64,000 nucleotides of DNA from Octopus vulgaris (GCA_951406725.2 OX597817.1:31930001-31994000); one strand, 5' to 3'. Counted from the stretch's first letter, positions 14,005 to 28,065 are shown. Numbers and translations are program-made. Notes: a model not told the origin generated them from the sequence alone.

Positions 14005-14403
14005 TTTACTCTCTTTTACTCTTTTACTTGTTTCAGTCATTTGACTGCGGCCATGCTGGAGCACCGCCTTTAGTCGAGCAAATCGGCCCAAGGACTTATT
14101 CTTTGTAAGCCTAGTACTTATGCCGAACCGCTAAGATACGGGGACGTAAACACATCAGCATCGGTTGTCAAGCGATGTTGGGGGTACAAACACAGACACA
14201 CTAACACACACACACACACATATATAGATACATATACATATATGCGACGGGCTTCTTTCAGTTTCCGTCTACCAAATCCACTCACAAGGCATTGGTCGGC
14301 CCGAGGTTATAGTAGAAGTGCCACGTAGGTGCCACGTAGTGGGACTGAACCCGGAATCATGTGGTTCGCAGGCAAGCTACTTACCACACAGCCACTCCTG
14401 CGC
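14005..14403 (-). mobile_element. SINE family A (followed by another tail fragment 14420-14660)
   Basis: Close match to other family A copies. Confidence 0.9.
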
Positions 14404-14728
14404 CTACTTGTATATTTTATTTTTTTATCTTTTAATTGTTTCAATCATTTGACTGCGGCCATGCTGGGATATTACCTTGAAGAGTTTCTTGTCGAACGAA
14501 TCAACCCAAGTACTTTTTTTTAAAAAAAACTAACTTATTTTATCGTTCTCTATTACAGAACTGCTAAGTTTCGGGGACGTAAGTACACCAACACTGGTTG
14601 TTAAGAGGTGGTAGGGGACAAGCACAGATCCAAAGACACAAACACGCGCACACACGGACATACACACACACACACACATATATCTACCAATCTATTTATG
14701 TATGTATGTATGTATGTATGTATGTATG

Positions 14729-14812
<84 letters not shown>

Positions 14813-14817
<5 letters not shown>

Positions 14818-15880
14818 GTAAATAGACACTCTTATGATCATTAAAATTTATTTTAATCTGAAATTATAGATTCAAATTATTTATTAATTGTTATAATGTG
14901 AATATTTGATATTTAGTAGCAATGCCCTTTGTATTTTTCGATGCATGTTACTGACAACATGACGAATATTCTCTAGCGGAAAATTTTGCCCAGTTTTGTG
15001 CAGTAATCTCAAAAAATTTGACTTCGAATGTGCTTTCTTGTTCTCTTTACGAAGTGTCCTGTCCATTATGTCCCAGAGGTGTTCAACAGGGTTCATATCT
15101 GATGATTGGCTTGGCTATGGAAGCTTTTTAATGCCATTCTCATCCAACAAATCTTGGGTCATTTTTCGCCGTGTGGCAAGGAGCCCCATCTTCCATAAAT
15201 AAAGAGTCTTCTTTAATCGTTTCACTACTGGAGAAGATTGGAAGGAGTCCTTTCTGCAATATAGACACATATTTATCTGAATTTATGTTTTCCTCCGACT
15301 CCACCAACTCTGATAAAACGTTACTCCAAATTGCTCCCCAGACCATCACAGAATAGCCACCGTGTTTCATTGTTGGCTGTAATCTTTTCACATCAAATTT
15401 TTAATCACAGAGTCTCCGAACCCACACTCAACCACTGTCAGGAAATGCATCAATTCTGGACTCATCAAAGAATATGACAGTGTCCCAAAATGCTGGTGGC
15501 TTCTCCGCTATCTCACTGGACAATATTTTCTGCGCTTGAAGTTGGCTGGTTCAAGAAGTGGCTTCCTTCTTGCTGCTCTGCCATAGTAACCAAGTTTGTG
15601 GAGATACCTGACAGATGTTCTGGGACTGACATCAACTTGTCAGAGGCCTTGCAACGAGGAATATCCTCCACACTTTTCTTAACAAACTAGAAGGGTCCTG
15701 TCAGAGGACACTGGTTGATCTAGGTGAGGTAATGGGGACTTCTTCCCCTCTCATGCGAATTGCACAATCACTCTATTAACTGTAGAAAGCAGGGTCCCAA
15801 GGTTTTCTGCGATTTTACGCTATGTTCACCTTCAGAATGACCCACAGTACGGTCTCTTTGAAATTCAGACAGTTCAAAGG
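14813..15880 (-). pseudogene. Decayed Tc1-family transposon
   Basis: WDTVIFFDESR, PTMKHGGYSVMVWGAI, FMEDGAPCHTAK and SDMNPVEHLW motifs in shifted frames; TA|CAG left end. Confidence 0.88.
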
Positions 15881-16175
15881 CTTCGTTTGTACATGACTTG
15901 ATTAAAGAATGAAGCATCGCTAGATTGCTTCAAGGTTTGAACCTATGGAAAACGAAACCCCACCATCTATTTTGCCTATATACATGTACACACCTTTCAA
16001 TGCAGTGTATACCAGAAGATCTGCAAATCTAAAGAGGACCTCGAAAGACATTTTAAGGTCCACAAAGATCAGAACTTAAATGCAGCTTTTGGTGGTCCAA
16101 ATTGGATATGCATCAATGTGGGAGTCTTTTCAAAACATTGTCTGGTTTAAAAAGCAACACCAGATACCAGTAAAA
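15880..16175 (+). mobile_element. Probable LINE 3' fragment with degenerate C2H2 zinc fingers
   Basis: HTFQCSVYQKICKSKEDLERHFKVH and a second CHQCG..KTLSGLKS-like finger after a frameshift; such fingers occur at the C-terminus of some RTE LINEs. Confidence 0.5.
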
Positions 16176-16226
16176 GATTAAAGGAATCATTCTATCTTAC
16201 AGAGTTTGATATTGGGTCAGACCATA

Positions 16227-16420
16227 AAGGCGGTGGGGTAGCAGAATCTTTAGTACGTCGGGTAAAATTCTCAGCAGCATTTCTTTCCGAATTCAAATCC
16301 TGCCGAGGTCGACCAAGCCTTTCACCCCTTAGGGGTTGATAGAACAAATACCAGTCGTGTACTGGGGTCGATGTAATCGACTAGTCCCCAAATTCTATTT
16401 CTTGTGCATATAGAAAGGAT
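16227..16420 (+). mobile_element. SINE family B, diverged
   Basis: aaggcggtgg..gccgaggtcgacc..actggggtcgatgtaatcgact. Confidence 0.75.
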
Positions 16421-17374
16421 ATTACTTCAGCCTATATTATATCACGAAGTAGGTGAGATTTACATGGTTCCTAACTTTCTTGGAAAATATACAAGTAAAC
16501 TGAATTGGTTTATCTGGAATCAAATGTAGGATGATTAAAACTATATCCTAAACTACCGAATTCTTATCTCAGACATCCAAACAGGTCAACAACCTCTGCT
16601 CCAATCGTTCATTTCCTGTTGTTGATCTTACAATTTGTTTGTTGATTGCCAGGAATAACCAAAGAGGAAGTCAACACCAACAGGGTGTGAACCACAAATC
16701 TGTAGACTATGAACCTACTTCCTTTTAATACTAATTCCGGTATACTTTGCTCATAATCCATCACGGGGACTCTTCCTTCAAGCTTTGGATCTATTTTTAG
16801 AAAGTTCTTATTCCACTAATATTTTTTAAAAACAAAATATGGATATTTTGCTTAGCTTTCAAACTTTCGCTTGCATGGAAAATAACCGTTTATTTTTGGC
16901 TAAGTGTCAGAGGAGTTAGAGACGTAGATGATAATGATGTTTATTCTCAACACAAAGAAATTATCATGGTTATTGAAGAGACAATTAGTATCAGCTGTAG
17001 TCTGAAACTTCAGCATTGTCTCAAGTGAAAGGAAGCATGACTCTTTCTCTATATTGCTCGCCAAAATATTGCTGAGCCAACCTCTACGTTGTCGCTTAAC
17101 CTGCAAGAAACAGCATTAGATTTAACTGAATTCGTTTAATATCGTCAAAAATAGAAAAAATGAAGGCAACGTGAAATGATGCGGTCCATTTACATTATTC
17201 GTCAGAAGAAAATGGCGAGGTCAAAGAATTTCTCATTTAGTTTATATAACGAGATTGGGGATTGGTAAATGATGTGTCTTTGGTTTGAGAATTTGCTATT
17301 TGAAGTCACCATACATGTATGTATGTATGTATGTATGTATGTATGTATGTATGTATGTATGTATGTATGTATTT

Positions 17375-17585
17375 ATGTGTTTGCATTTGTCCCCCACCAT
17401 CGCTTGACAACCGATGTTGGCGTGATTACATCCCCTTAACATAGCGGTTCGGCAAAAGAGACTGATAGAATAAGTACTAGGCTTACAAAGAATCAGTCCT
17501 GGGGTCCATTTTTTTCGACTAAAGGCGGCGCTATAGCATGACTGCAGTCAAATAACTGAAACAAAACAAGTTAAAGTATAAAAGA
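17375..17585 (+). mobile_element. SINE family A 3' half
   Basis: Matches family tail. Confidence 0.8.
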
Positions 17586-17641
17586 ATACACACACACACA
17601 CCTATATATATACATACATATATACATATATGATTCAAATC

Positions 17642-17696
<55 letters not shown>

Positions 17697-18367
17697 CATA
17701 TATATTTGACTGTATCTATGTCTGTGTGTACAAATACATATAAAATAATCTAACCAGAGAAACCCTCGTATGCATACGCACAAGAATAATACAGGCTATA
17801 TTTTTAAGTGCCTCTATTTTTAAGTGATTGTTTCCATGTGCTTACGTACCCGTGTACGTGTACATGCGTGTAAATGAATCACATACACATAAAGACACAC
17901 ATCACACACACACATACACACACATTCACACGTATATAACGCACATATATAAGTAAGCATGTGTACACACACACATATACAAATGTGTGTGTACGTACTG
18001 AAGAAGTGAATAATAAATGATCGCCCGCAGACGGATACATCGAATCATGACAATCCAAGGATTGTGTAGATTGTTTATCAAACGAACTGATAAAATAAAT
18101 ACATCACAATGAAAAAGATTTTCAAGATTATAGAATATCAGGGAAAAGTGAATATAATAATACAGTGGTTCTATCCACAGAAGGTAGCGAATTACCAAAA
18201 TCGTTTGAGCATCTGATAGAATGCTTTGCGGATCTTTGCTCTCTAAGGTCAAATTCATTCTTTCCGGATCTATAAATATAAAATCATTTCATAGTGATAT
18301 AATAACAGTCCGGCATTAAGGTCGTTGTTGCTCGCTGTTTACTTCTTTGTCTCTGAAATATACCTGT

Positions 18368-18600
18368 AAGGCGACGAGCTGGCAGAAATGTTAGCACGCC
18401 GGACGAAATGCGTAGCTATATTTCGTCTGCTGTTACGTTCTCAGTTCAAATTCCGCCGAGGTCGACTTTGCTTTTCATCCTTTCGGGGTCGATAAATTAA
18501 GTACCATTTACGCCCTGGGGTCGATGTAATCAACTTAATCTGTTTGTCTGTCCATGTTTGTCCCCTCTGTGTTTAGCCCCTTGTGGGTAGTAAAGAAATT
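18368..18600 (+). mobile_element. SINE family B, full length
   Basis: Consensus-like; imperfect TSD aatatacct(g/a)taa. Confidence 0.9.
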
Positions 18601-19149
18601 AATATACCTATAACTAAAAGGTTGGCCCTTCTTGATTGTAAACCGCTGGTTCGACCTGAAAATTGCGTTAAAGGTACACATATTTGCGAAATATTCAATT
18701 CTATTCGCATTAAATTTGCGATTAGTAATTCAGAAGATGGACACCGAGTAACATCCACCAGCACGTGTGTGTGTGTTCTGTAGGAGTTATTTAAGATTTT
18801 CCATTTGGAGAATTCAAGCTGGCCACTGACCAGGTGGTAAAGTTATTTCGTTTCAGTCAAGACAGGTGTTGGGGTTTGTGGTCGTCTGAATCGGTTGATA
18901 TATGTACATATGCCTGTTTGTGCTCATGGGTAACTTGTATTTGTGAGTTTCACTTTAGTATAAAGTCTCTGTGCTTCACACTTTTTACACTTTAGTATAC
19001 AAGTGTTTGAGCATCACCCTTGAGTGTGTGTATGTGTGTCTTAAGCCTGGTCCAGGAAATTCACATGGAGTTGTCCCTCTGTATGTATATATAAATATAT
19101 GTATGCATGTATGTATGATCGACATATATACATTCATACATTTAAAATC

Positions 19150-19410
19150 AACTTGGACCCTTCTCACCAGATGACACCCATCTCGATTAAGTCTTCTCGC
19201 ACAATCCTTTGCTACATCTTCACCGGCTTGCCTGTCTTTATCCTTCCTCCTTCAACTGTCCACGCGACGGTTGTGCTTACCAGTCTCTCCAACGATAAGC
19301 ACAATACATTTTCAAGCAGCTTCTTTTGTCTAGCTCTTATAGTGTCTTGCATAGGACGGTTCTTCTCATAATTTCATTGTTTGTAATGTGGTCACCACAG
19401 GTTTATAAAC
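19150..19410 (-). mobile_element. RTE LINE 3' fragment, decayed
   Basis: TVEGGRIKTGKPVKM*QRIVREDLIEMGVIW resembles RTE C-terminal GRPKKTW..EDL. Confidence 0.6.
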
Positions 19411-19561
19411 TGTACAGTATATATTTCTGCATAATTACCCCTTCTTGCGCGAAGGGTTTCGATCAGTTCATTAAAGGTGTCACTTAATCCACTCAATGAT
19501 GGTAATATTTTAAGAGCTCAACTACTTAGTGAGACAAAAAAAACTTTCAATAATTTTCAAT

Positions 19562-19751
19562 AGGCGTAGGAGTGGCTGTGTTGTAAGTAGTTTGCTTACG
19601 AACCATATGGTTCCAGGTTCAGTCCCACTGCGTGGCACCTTGGGCAAGTGTCTTCTATTATAGCCTCGGGCCGACCAAAGCCTTGTGAGTGAATTTGGTA
19701 GACGGAAACTGAAAGAAGCCCGTCATATATCTATCTATCTATCTATATATC

Positions 19752-19799
<48 letters not shown>

Positions 19800-20020
19800 C
19801 GTGTGTGTGTGTATGTTTGTGTGTCTGTGTTCCCCCACAACATCGTTTGACAACCGATGCTGGTGTGTTTACGTTCCCGTAACTTAGCGGTTCGGCAAAG
19901 GGGACTGATAGAATAAGCACTAGGCTTACAAAGAATAAGTCCTGGGATCGATTTGCTCGACTAAAACATGGCCACAGTCACATGACTGAAACAAGTAAAA
20001 GAGTAAAAGAGAGAAAGAGT
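19562..20020 (+). mobile_element. SINE family A, full length
   Basis: aggcgtaggagtggctgtg.. to (aaaagagt) tail. Confidence 0.9.
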
Positions 20021-21239
20021 AATCACATACCATGGGGACTTTTTCTCCTTCACTTTAAAAAAAAATGTTAAAAAACAATTTAAAAATATGACAAGTAAAA
20101 CACGCCAAGATGGATTTTTATTGCTTATGGGTTATTGAGTTTAAAAAAAAGACGGACTGCAAATGTTACAGCAACACGTTGAGTAGCACAGTGTAATTAG
20201 GAGAAAGCGAAAGTAAAAATTGAAAGGTAGGAGAGGTGTATAGCGAGATGAGCTGAGAGAATGTCTTCATACAAAAAGTGAAATAAGATCAACACAAGAA
20301 AATAAATAAAATGCTGGTTCTTAATTGACACAAATACTATAAATTGGTTTGATCTATGAATTTTTTTTTAAATACCATGCTCTTTAGTTATCTATTCTAT
20401 TTTCGTTACACTGAATTATTTATTTATTTATTTTGCCTCTTTATTATTCCAAGACTTGGTTCTTAACTAAATATAAACACTGTCAACGTTACTACACAAC
20501 TGTTGTCAGTTTAAAATCAAAATTTATTTTACAGCCTAAGAAATCTGCTGCTTCGATCCCATCAACTGGATTTTATGTTCCTGCTTATAACAATGTATCC
20601 AGATTCTGTTACAGTATCAACGCAATACGAAACAATGTTTCTTATTCCAGCGTTTGAGGTGGCTATGTTATTGAAATACCATCAGATGCTTACAACAAAC
20701 AACATTCCGTTGTATCAGCTCGACAAAAAAAACAAAAAACGTACACTTTTGTATTTCAAACACTGTACATTACCTCTGTTCTATCACTGGATTGACATTA
20801 TATCTACTTAGACAAACAAGCAGTAACATTGGATAAACCAATGGGCAGGAGAGGGGGAACACTACTTGATTGCCTAACCTGCCAGAAATAGCATTAAGTG
20901 ATGTTGTTTAAATTTTAAAAAAAGGCAGGATGATAATGGCTGAAAATTCTTTGATTATAGGCCTAACCGATTAGAACTGACCTGGATTTAAACAATGGTA
21001 GCACAAGTTATTTTCTGCCAGTCGTTTGGGGTTCTTTGTTATATCAACTCGTCAAGGGTTTCCTTTCCAACAATATTGATTGTCATTCCGTCAGCTTGGT
21101 AGAATATCAACTTAAATAACGAGCCCTCATGTTAACACAAGGCCACAAGGCCATAGTTAAAGATATATAGTTGGTTAAATTAAACGTGTGGGAATAAAAG
21201 TAAATTTGGCTCCTTACAGATCTGAATTCATAACAGAGA

Positions 21240-21430
21240 GAGATGAGGAGGAGGAGGAGGAGTGGAGGAGGAGGAGGAGTGGAGGAGGAGGAGTGGAGGA
21301 GGAGGAGGAGGAGGAGGAGGAGTGGAGGAGGAGGAGGAGGAGGGGGAGGAGTGGAGGAAGAGGAGGCAGAGGTGGAAGAAGAGGAGGCGGAGGAGGAGGA
21401 GGAGAGGGGGAGAGGGATAGGGAGAGAGAG
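21240..21430. repeat. (GAG)n purine-rich repeat
   Basis: Directly visible. Confidence 0.95.
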
Positions 21431-21854
21431 TGTGGACTGAATAATTCCCTGTAGTACTCTCCCCCTGTAATTTCCATTCCTCCATAAAGATGAATCCTCA
21501 GTCGATTTTGGGATGAACATTAAAGTTTGCGATGAAATAAGTTACGCATTAAATTATTGTAGCTGAGTATTCCGTACACTCGTGTATCTTTTACGTAATT
21601 CTCAGACAGAATCTGTGTGATACAATAGATAATCTACTCGACGGGCTTCATGCAATTTCCTTTTACCTAATTTTACTCAGTTTCTTGAAAAAAGACACGA
21701 TTCCCAAATCCCAGATCTCGATTATTATTAACGATAATAATGGTTTGAAGTTTTGGCACAGAGCCAGCAATCTCGAGGGGTGGGAGTAAGTCGATTGCAT
21801 CGACCCCAGTACTTGACTGATACTTATAGATCCCGAAAGAATGAAAAGTTATTG

Positions 21855-21911
<57 letters not shown>

Positions 21912-22527
21912 TACCCCAGTGTCACTTTGATGGCATGAACTGCTCTCTCACTCAATAATAATAATAATAATAATAAATGATGTAGTACCAGGCAGTGGCT
22001 CTCTTGGCTTCTCATCTTAACTGGTTGAAGTGTTATCATGTACATTATTTTGTCTTGGTATAAAAGATGAGCTACAGCAAATATTCTGCTGAATACCACA
22101 GATTAACTAGTCAGTTGTTTGACCGTAACTAGTTGAGCATGTCCCTTAGTGGCTGACGATATGTGCATCTCTGATCACGAACAGAAGTAGTGGGGGAGGA
22201 ACGTAACTACGTGTTGAAGGGAATTTGGTGAGGTTTGAATAATTCATCTCTGGAAACATGGGTGTTTTTATCATCATCCTTAAACAAACCTTATTCAGAG
22301 ACCTTTTGAGCGGGATTGGCTACTCGACCTGAAGAAAATTTTAACTGGACCCCTCCTACAAGGTCATGAGCTGTTTATCTTGATATAAGATCACCATGTC
22401 GCGCGCATATCGCTGTGATGCATGTGCCTGGTGTATCCTTATCAGATGGGTAGTAATGATGGGTATACTAGGATTCGTATATTTATACTCAAGTGTCACT
22501 TTGATGGCATGCACTGCTCTCTCACTC
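21912..22527 (+). mobile_element. (AAT)n-inserted non-coding retroelement: ~40-bp 3' stub (21912-21954) plus ~550-bp copy (21978-22527)
   Basis: Both end gtgtcactttgatggcatg.actgctctctcactc followed by (AAT)n; homologous to 42331-42790. Confidence 0.8.
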
Positions 22528-22583
<56 letters not shown>

Positions 22584-22627
22584 TGATGATGATGATGATG
22601 ATGATAATGATGATGATGATGATGATG

Positions 22628-22691
<64 letters not shown>

Positions 22692-22710
22692 CAACAACAA
22701 CAACAACAAC

Positions 22711-22776
<66 letters not shown>
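22528..22776. repeat. Compound (AAT)/(GAT)/(AAC) microsatellite
   Basis: Directly visible. Confidence 0.95.
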
Positions 22777-22777
<1 letters not shown>

Positions 22778-23020
22778 GTTTCAATTTTTGGCACAGGGCC
22801 TGCAGTTTCTGAGGGTGGGAGAAGTCGAGTGCATCGACCCCAGAACTTGACTGATACTTATTTTATTGGCCCCGAAAGGATGAAAGGCAATATCGACCTC
22901 GGTGAAATTTGTCTACCGATGCTCTCCCGATTCTGCCAATTCACATTTGAATTCAGAACGTAAAGCCGGAAGAAATATCACCAAACATTTTGTCCAGCGT
23001 ACCAACGATTCTGCCAGCTA
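22777..23020 (-). mobile_element. SINE family B, diverged
   Basis: cccgaaaggatgaaaggcaa..gacctcgg..ctgccagct. Confidence 0.75.
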
Positions 23021-23984
23021 ATAATAATTTTGACATTATTCTGTTTCTAGGCTTTTAACTGTAATATATATAAATGTAGAGAAGGTCTAACCAATATGTC
23101 TGGCTTGATGATGAATGCAAAGATAGCGAGACGCCTGCCTGAATATGTAATCTCCGCCCTCCACCACAGACAATGACACAGAAACATTCGGGAATATTTT
23201 CTAGGTGAGAAAAAGTGGGTTGTGCCAATAGGAAATTCGTACTCATCTTCATTCTATATACGAATTGGAAGCAAACTGGCCCCCGTTCAGAAACTATGAT
23301 GTTGCGTGAGGTCTCCCTTGGGGAAATAAAGATCCCAAATGAAGTTTATTTTGACAACTCTTTAACCGAGAAACTTGCATATAATCTGGAACACACATCT
23401 ACAAACATATTCGCACACACATATATCGAAATGTAAATATACATGTGTGTGTGTGTATTTATGTATATTTACACATATATATCTGTGTGTGTGTGTGTGA
23501 GTAAACATGCAAACATATATACGTCATATATACGTATGCATACATGCAAACACACAGACGTACATAGATATGAGTAGCTTCTAGCGTACACATTCGCAGC
23601 AACAGGGATACAAAATAACAAACGTTATCATATAATTGACGGAAGAAGCGCGCGCAAGAGCATGACACTCGGCAGTATACAATAAGAAAACTGGGCAACC
23701 AGTGAACTTTTGTCTGTGTGTGCGCATTTGTATAAATAGAGAGATAAAGTGAAATGGCGTAAGAGATAGTGAAAGATGGACAGACAGATAGACAGACAGA
23801 TAGAAGGGGGATATCTCGTACATATTCAATGATAACCCATCGGAATCGCGTGTAAAAGTCATCATCCACTTTTTAGAATAGCAAGATGAACTATTTATTG
23901 TCATAAACTTCTTTGTACTCTTTCAGTATACAATAATACTGTAAAGTAAGACTGGACATTGCGAGTAGAGAATGAGAAAGACAG

Positions 23985-24356
23985 CAGTGGCGGTTGTGGT
24001 TCTAGTTGTGGTGGTGGTTGTGGTTGTGGTGGTGGTGGTTGTGGTGGTGGTGGTGGTGGTGGTGTGTGGTGGTGGTGGTGGTGGTAGTGGTGGTGGTGGT
24101 TGTAGTGGTGGTGGCGGCGGTTGTGGTTGTGGTGGTGGTGGTGGTGGTGGCGGTTGTGGTGGTGGTGGTGGTGGTGGTGGTGGTGGTGGTGGTGGTGGTG
24201 GTGGTGGTGGTGGTGGTGGTGGTGGTGGTGGTGGTGGTGGTGGTGGTGGTGGTGGTGGCGGTTGTGGTTGTAGTGGTGGTGGAGGTGGTGGTGGTGGTAG
24301 TGGTGGTGGTGGTGGTGGTGTGGTGGTGGTGGTGGTGGTGGTGGTGGTTTGGTGGC
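23985..24356. repeat. ~370-bp (GGT)n repeat
   Basis: Directly visible. Confidence 0.95.
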
Positions 24357-24538
24357 AATAATAGTACATTTGTGGAAAATGAAGTACGCGGAAATTAACA
24401 AGAGTTTGGTAGTTCTGGCGCACAAATTATTCTTATAATTGATGTCCGAGGAGTCAAGTAACAGCTAGGCGTACGATCAGGCGCACTGATACGCATGTAG
24501 ATGTAAACAGCAACACACGCATTCATACGCACATACAA

Positions 24539-24600
<62 letters not shown>

Positions 24601-25567
24601 GCGCGCGCACACACATATATACAAAATGACGGAAGAGAGAGAGAGAGAGAGAGAGGAGGAGCTAATATGTTTGTGTGTACTATATGCATGTAGTTAATGT
24701 TTATATATGTGTGTGTGTGTGTGTTTATACACACAAATACACACACACGCATATATATATATACATGCATACACATGCATATATATACATTCATATATAT
24801 ATATAATATATATAATATATAATATATATGTATATATACTCATATATGCACACGCATACACACATGCATACCAATGTGTATTTATCTGCTGTCATACAGA
24901 TGGGAGAGGGTAGACGTAGGAAACAGTTAAACGACTAATATAGGAAATGAGAGTAGCATAAAATGAAAGTGGGTGGAAGGATGAGATGCTTATTACATTA
25001 GCCTTAGTGTCAAACAGGGAAAGAGCAAATGACTTTGAGGAAAATAAAAATGTGTTGGGTCAAAAACATTAGCATTATGCTGTTTGAAGCGGGACGGCTG
25101 AAAACAAGAACATTTTCCTGTAGGACTCGCAGTTTTGTGATAAAGAACTTCTGGAATTACGGGAATTATATGTTAACCTTTTAACGTCATGTATAAAATA
25201 TCGTAGCATTTTCGATATATTCTTTACCGATCTTTGATGCGTCTCTAAGCTTGACAAACTTTGCGCACATCAGTAAATGTACCATTTGCTGTTCTACTAA
25301 AAACGATGTATTCTTAGTGCCTACATCGCTTGACAACCGTATCTTAACTGTTTGGTAGCTGGCTTTTAAAAAAATAATAAGTACTACGGTCAATTCATTC
25401 GACTAAAAATCTTTCAAGGCGGTGCCCCAGCATGGCTGCAGTCCAATATCTGAAACAAGTAAAAGGAAAAAGATATGTATGTATGTATATATATATACAC
25501 ACACATACGCATAGGAAGGTCTCTGCATGTGTATGTGTGTAATTAGAGGCATAGATTTAATGATAGA

Positions 25568-25865
25568 TTGTTGTTTATTCCTTCTCGTGCCACGCCTGGC
25601 TCATAGTGCCGGTTTCCCTGGCGTATAGATTCCCCATCTGGACGGGACGCCAGTCCGTCGCAGGTGAGCTGCTAGATGCAGGAGGAAAGAGTGAGAGAAA
25701 GTTGTGGCGAAAGATTCAGCAGAAGCTCGCCATTACCTTCTGCGGAACCGCGTGGAGCTTAGGTGTTTCACTCATAAATACTCACATCGCCCGGTCTGAA
25801 ATTCGAACCCGCGATCCCACGACCGCGAGACCGCTGCTCTAACCACAAGGCCATGTGCTTCCACA
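25568..25865 (-). mobile_element. SINE family C (tRNA-Arg-like head, octopus OR-type-like), tail type 1
   Basis: Head gtggaagcacatggcc..gtggttagagcagcgg.ctcgcgg..ggttcgaatttc; TSD taatgatagat. Confidence 0.85.
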
Positions 25866-26901
25866 TAATGATAGATACTTATGTATATATCAAAATATGT
25901 TTTCGTCAGTTAACATACATGTCATGTTACACACACATATATCACACATACACACACATACACACGAACAGACACACAAAATACATCCCTGCACATTAAA
26001 ACCACGCACAGCCATATACATGTATGCGTATGCTTGTGTGTGATTGTGACAGTGTATTTATAACTGTCTGGTTGTTTACATGCATATCTGTTATGTGTGT
26101 GGGGGAGTCTGTCTGTCTGTCTGTCTGTCTGTGTCTCTGTTTGTGTGTGTCTGCTTGTGTGTGTATGTCTGCATCTGTGGGTGTATGTGTGTGCGCGCGC
26201 GTGTATGTGTGCCTCTGTGTTTGTGTGTGTGTGTGTGTGTGTGTATGCGTGTGTGTGTATGTCTGCTTCACTGTGTGTGTATGTGTGTGTTCATATGGCA
26301 GTGTACATACCCGTGTACATATATGTCTTGAGTAAAAACCAAAGCACAGTCTCCTCTACCCGTCCTATTGTATTCAACAGATATCATGGTAATATCAAAT
26401 CAAGCGAATATAAACAATACACTTGTGTGTAAGCCCCGCACTCGACGATGATTCCTATCTCACAGATGTGACTATGACAAATTGTCCCCTTATATATAAC
26501 TATCTACATGGCATCTGTGCATGTTTACAAATTGCTTCCATTTTACTTTTGTCTTCTTTATGTTTCCTGTTATATATATATATATATTTTTTTTTTTGCC
26601 CTATCAAATAAACGAAGACTATAAAAGCCGAAATTAAAAAGTAATCTTCACAGATCAGAAAACTCAACTGACACTACTTGTTATAATTGTTTGGAAGGGA
26701 AATAGACCCTGTAGCTTGTAAAACGGCCTAATATATTCTGAGGTAAAACAGCACAGCTGTGGTCAGTCTCGCATAACAAACGCGCTTGTATGTAAACATT
26801 GTGGCTCATAATTCAACAACAGATATGGGAGGTCCGGTCCACGCGGCAACCATTTTATCGCCTGCTCTCTACTTGTTGCCGGCATTAAAAGTATTAAAGA
26901 T

Positions 26902-26940
<39 letters not shown>

Positions 26941-27166
26941 GTACATGTAGTTTTTAGAAAGATTGGAATGGCTTATAAGAAAATCATTTAAATAGGATGA
27001 CAGTAAGAGATTATGTCTAACTAATAATACATGTACATGCGGCGAAATGGGAAAGTCGGTAGAGTAGCGGAGAGATGGACCCGCAGTATGCATCTCGAAT
27101 CTCGATCTAGTCAACTTTAAATTCATCATTTCGAAGTCGATAAAAAAAAAATCTAGGAATCCAGGT

Positions 27167-27212
<46 letters not shown>

Positions 27213-27215
<3 letters not shown>

Positions 27216-27740
27216 AAAAGCAATAAAGATTCAAGTCAATTTTAATGAATTTACTTGAATATGGTACCTAACTTAGATGCACCAAAAAACTATACGGTTT
27301 TAACCATACAGTAATGTGGGGTGATTATAAGCGAGAAAGAAGCAACAAGAATGGATAAGTTTTTAGTACAATCGTTTTATACAAAGACAGGCTTTATTAA
27401 AAGTTGCAAAAATTGCAGCATATAAACGTGTCCCGTACTCATCAGCTAAAATACATGTGAGTTCTCTAGACATCTTAATGGTTGAGGCTATACTCATGAA
27501 GTAATGTAGATAATTAAGTAACATAAACAGATTTCCAAATCTGTTTATGTTACTTAATTATCTACATTACTTCATGAGTATAGCCTCAACCATTAAGATG
27601 TCTAGAGAACTCACATGTATTTTAGCTGATGAGTACGGGACACGTTTATATGCTGCAATTTTTGCAACTTTTAATAAAGCCTGTCTTTGTATGAAACGAT
27701 TGTACTAAAAACTTATCCATTCTTGTTGCTTCTTTCTCGC
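27213..27740. mobile_element. Penelope-like pLTR fold-back: 410-bp palindrome (27331-27740) plus unpaired 3' extension, between (TA)n tracts
   Basis: Arms identical except one base, 2-nt loop at 27535-27536; each arm contains a hammerhead motif. Confidence 0.75.
27620..27710 (+). ncRNA. Type I hammerhead ribozyme
   Basis: Stem I ttttag/ctaaaa, CUGAUGA, stem II gtacgggac/gtctttgtat with long loop, GAAA-C-gatt-G-UA cleavage site (after 27704). Confidence 0.75.
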
Positions 27741-27741
27741 G

Positions 27742-27768
<27 letters not shown>

Positions 27769-27772
<4 letters not shown>

Positions 27773-28058
27773 GAGGCGCAATGGCCCAGTAGTTAGGGCA
27801 GCGGACTCGCGGTTACGATTCCCAGACCGGGTATTGTGAGTGTTTATTGAGCGAAAACACCTAAAGCTCCACGCGGCTCCGGCAGGGGGTGGTGACGATC
27901 CCTGCTGTACTCTTTCGCCACAACTTTCTCTCACTCTTTCTTCTGTTGGCCTGCTCGCTTAGCCAGCGGGGTGGCGTCACTTGAAGGTTAAAACAATGTG
28001 AAGCACATTGTGACCAATGATGTGTAGCACCGTCTGATAGCCTGGTCGGTCACGTGAT

Positions 28059-28065
<7 letters not shown>
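27769..28065 (+). mobile_element. SINE family C, tail type 2
   Basis: Same head and core as other C copies, different tail ending ggtcacgtgatcacgtga. Confidence 0.8.

Noticed and set aside
15985-16070. Host C2H2 zinc-finger gene exon
   Set aside because: Degenerate finger, no TGEKP linker, frameshifted; fits a LINE C-terminus better
23901-24425. Poly-Pro/His/Gly ORFs
   Set aside because: Translations of a (GGT)n microsatellite, open in all frames
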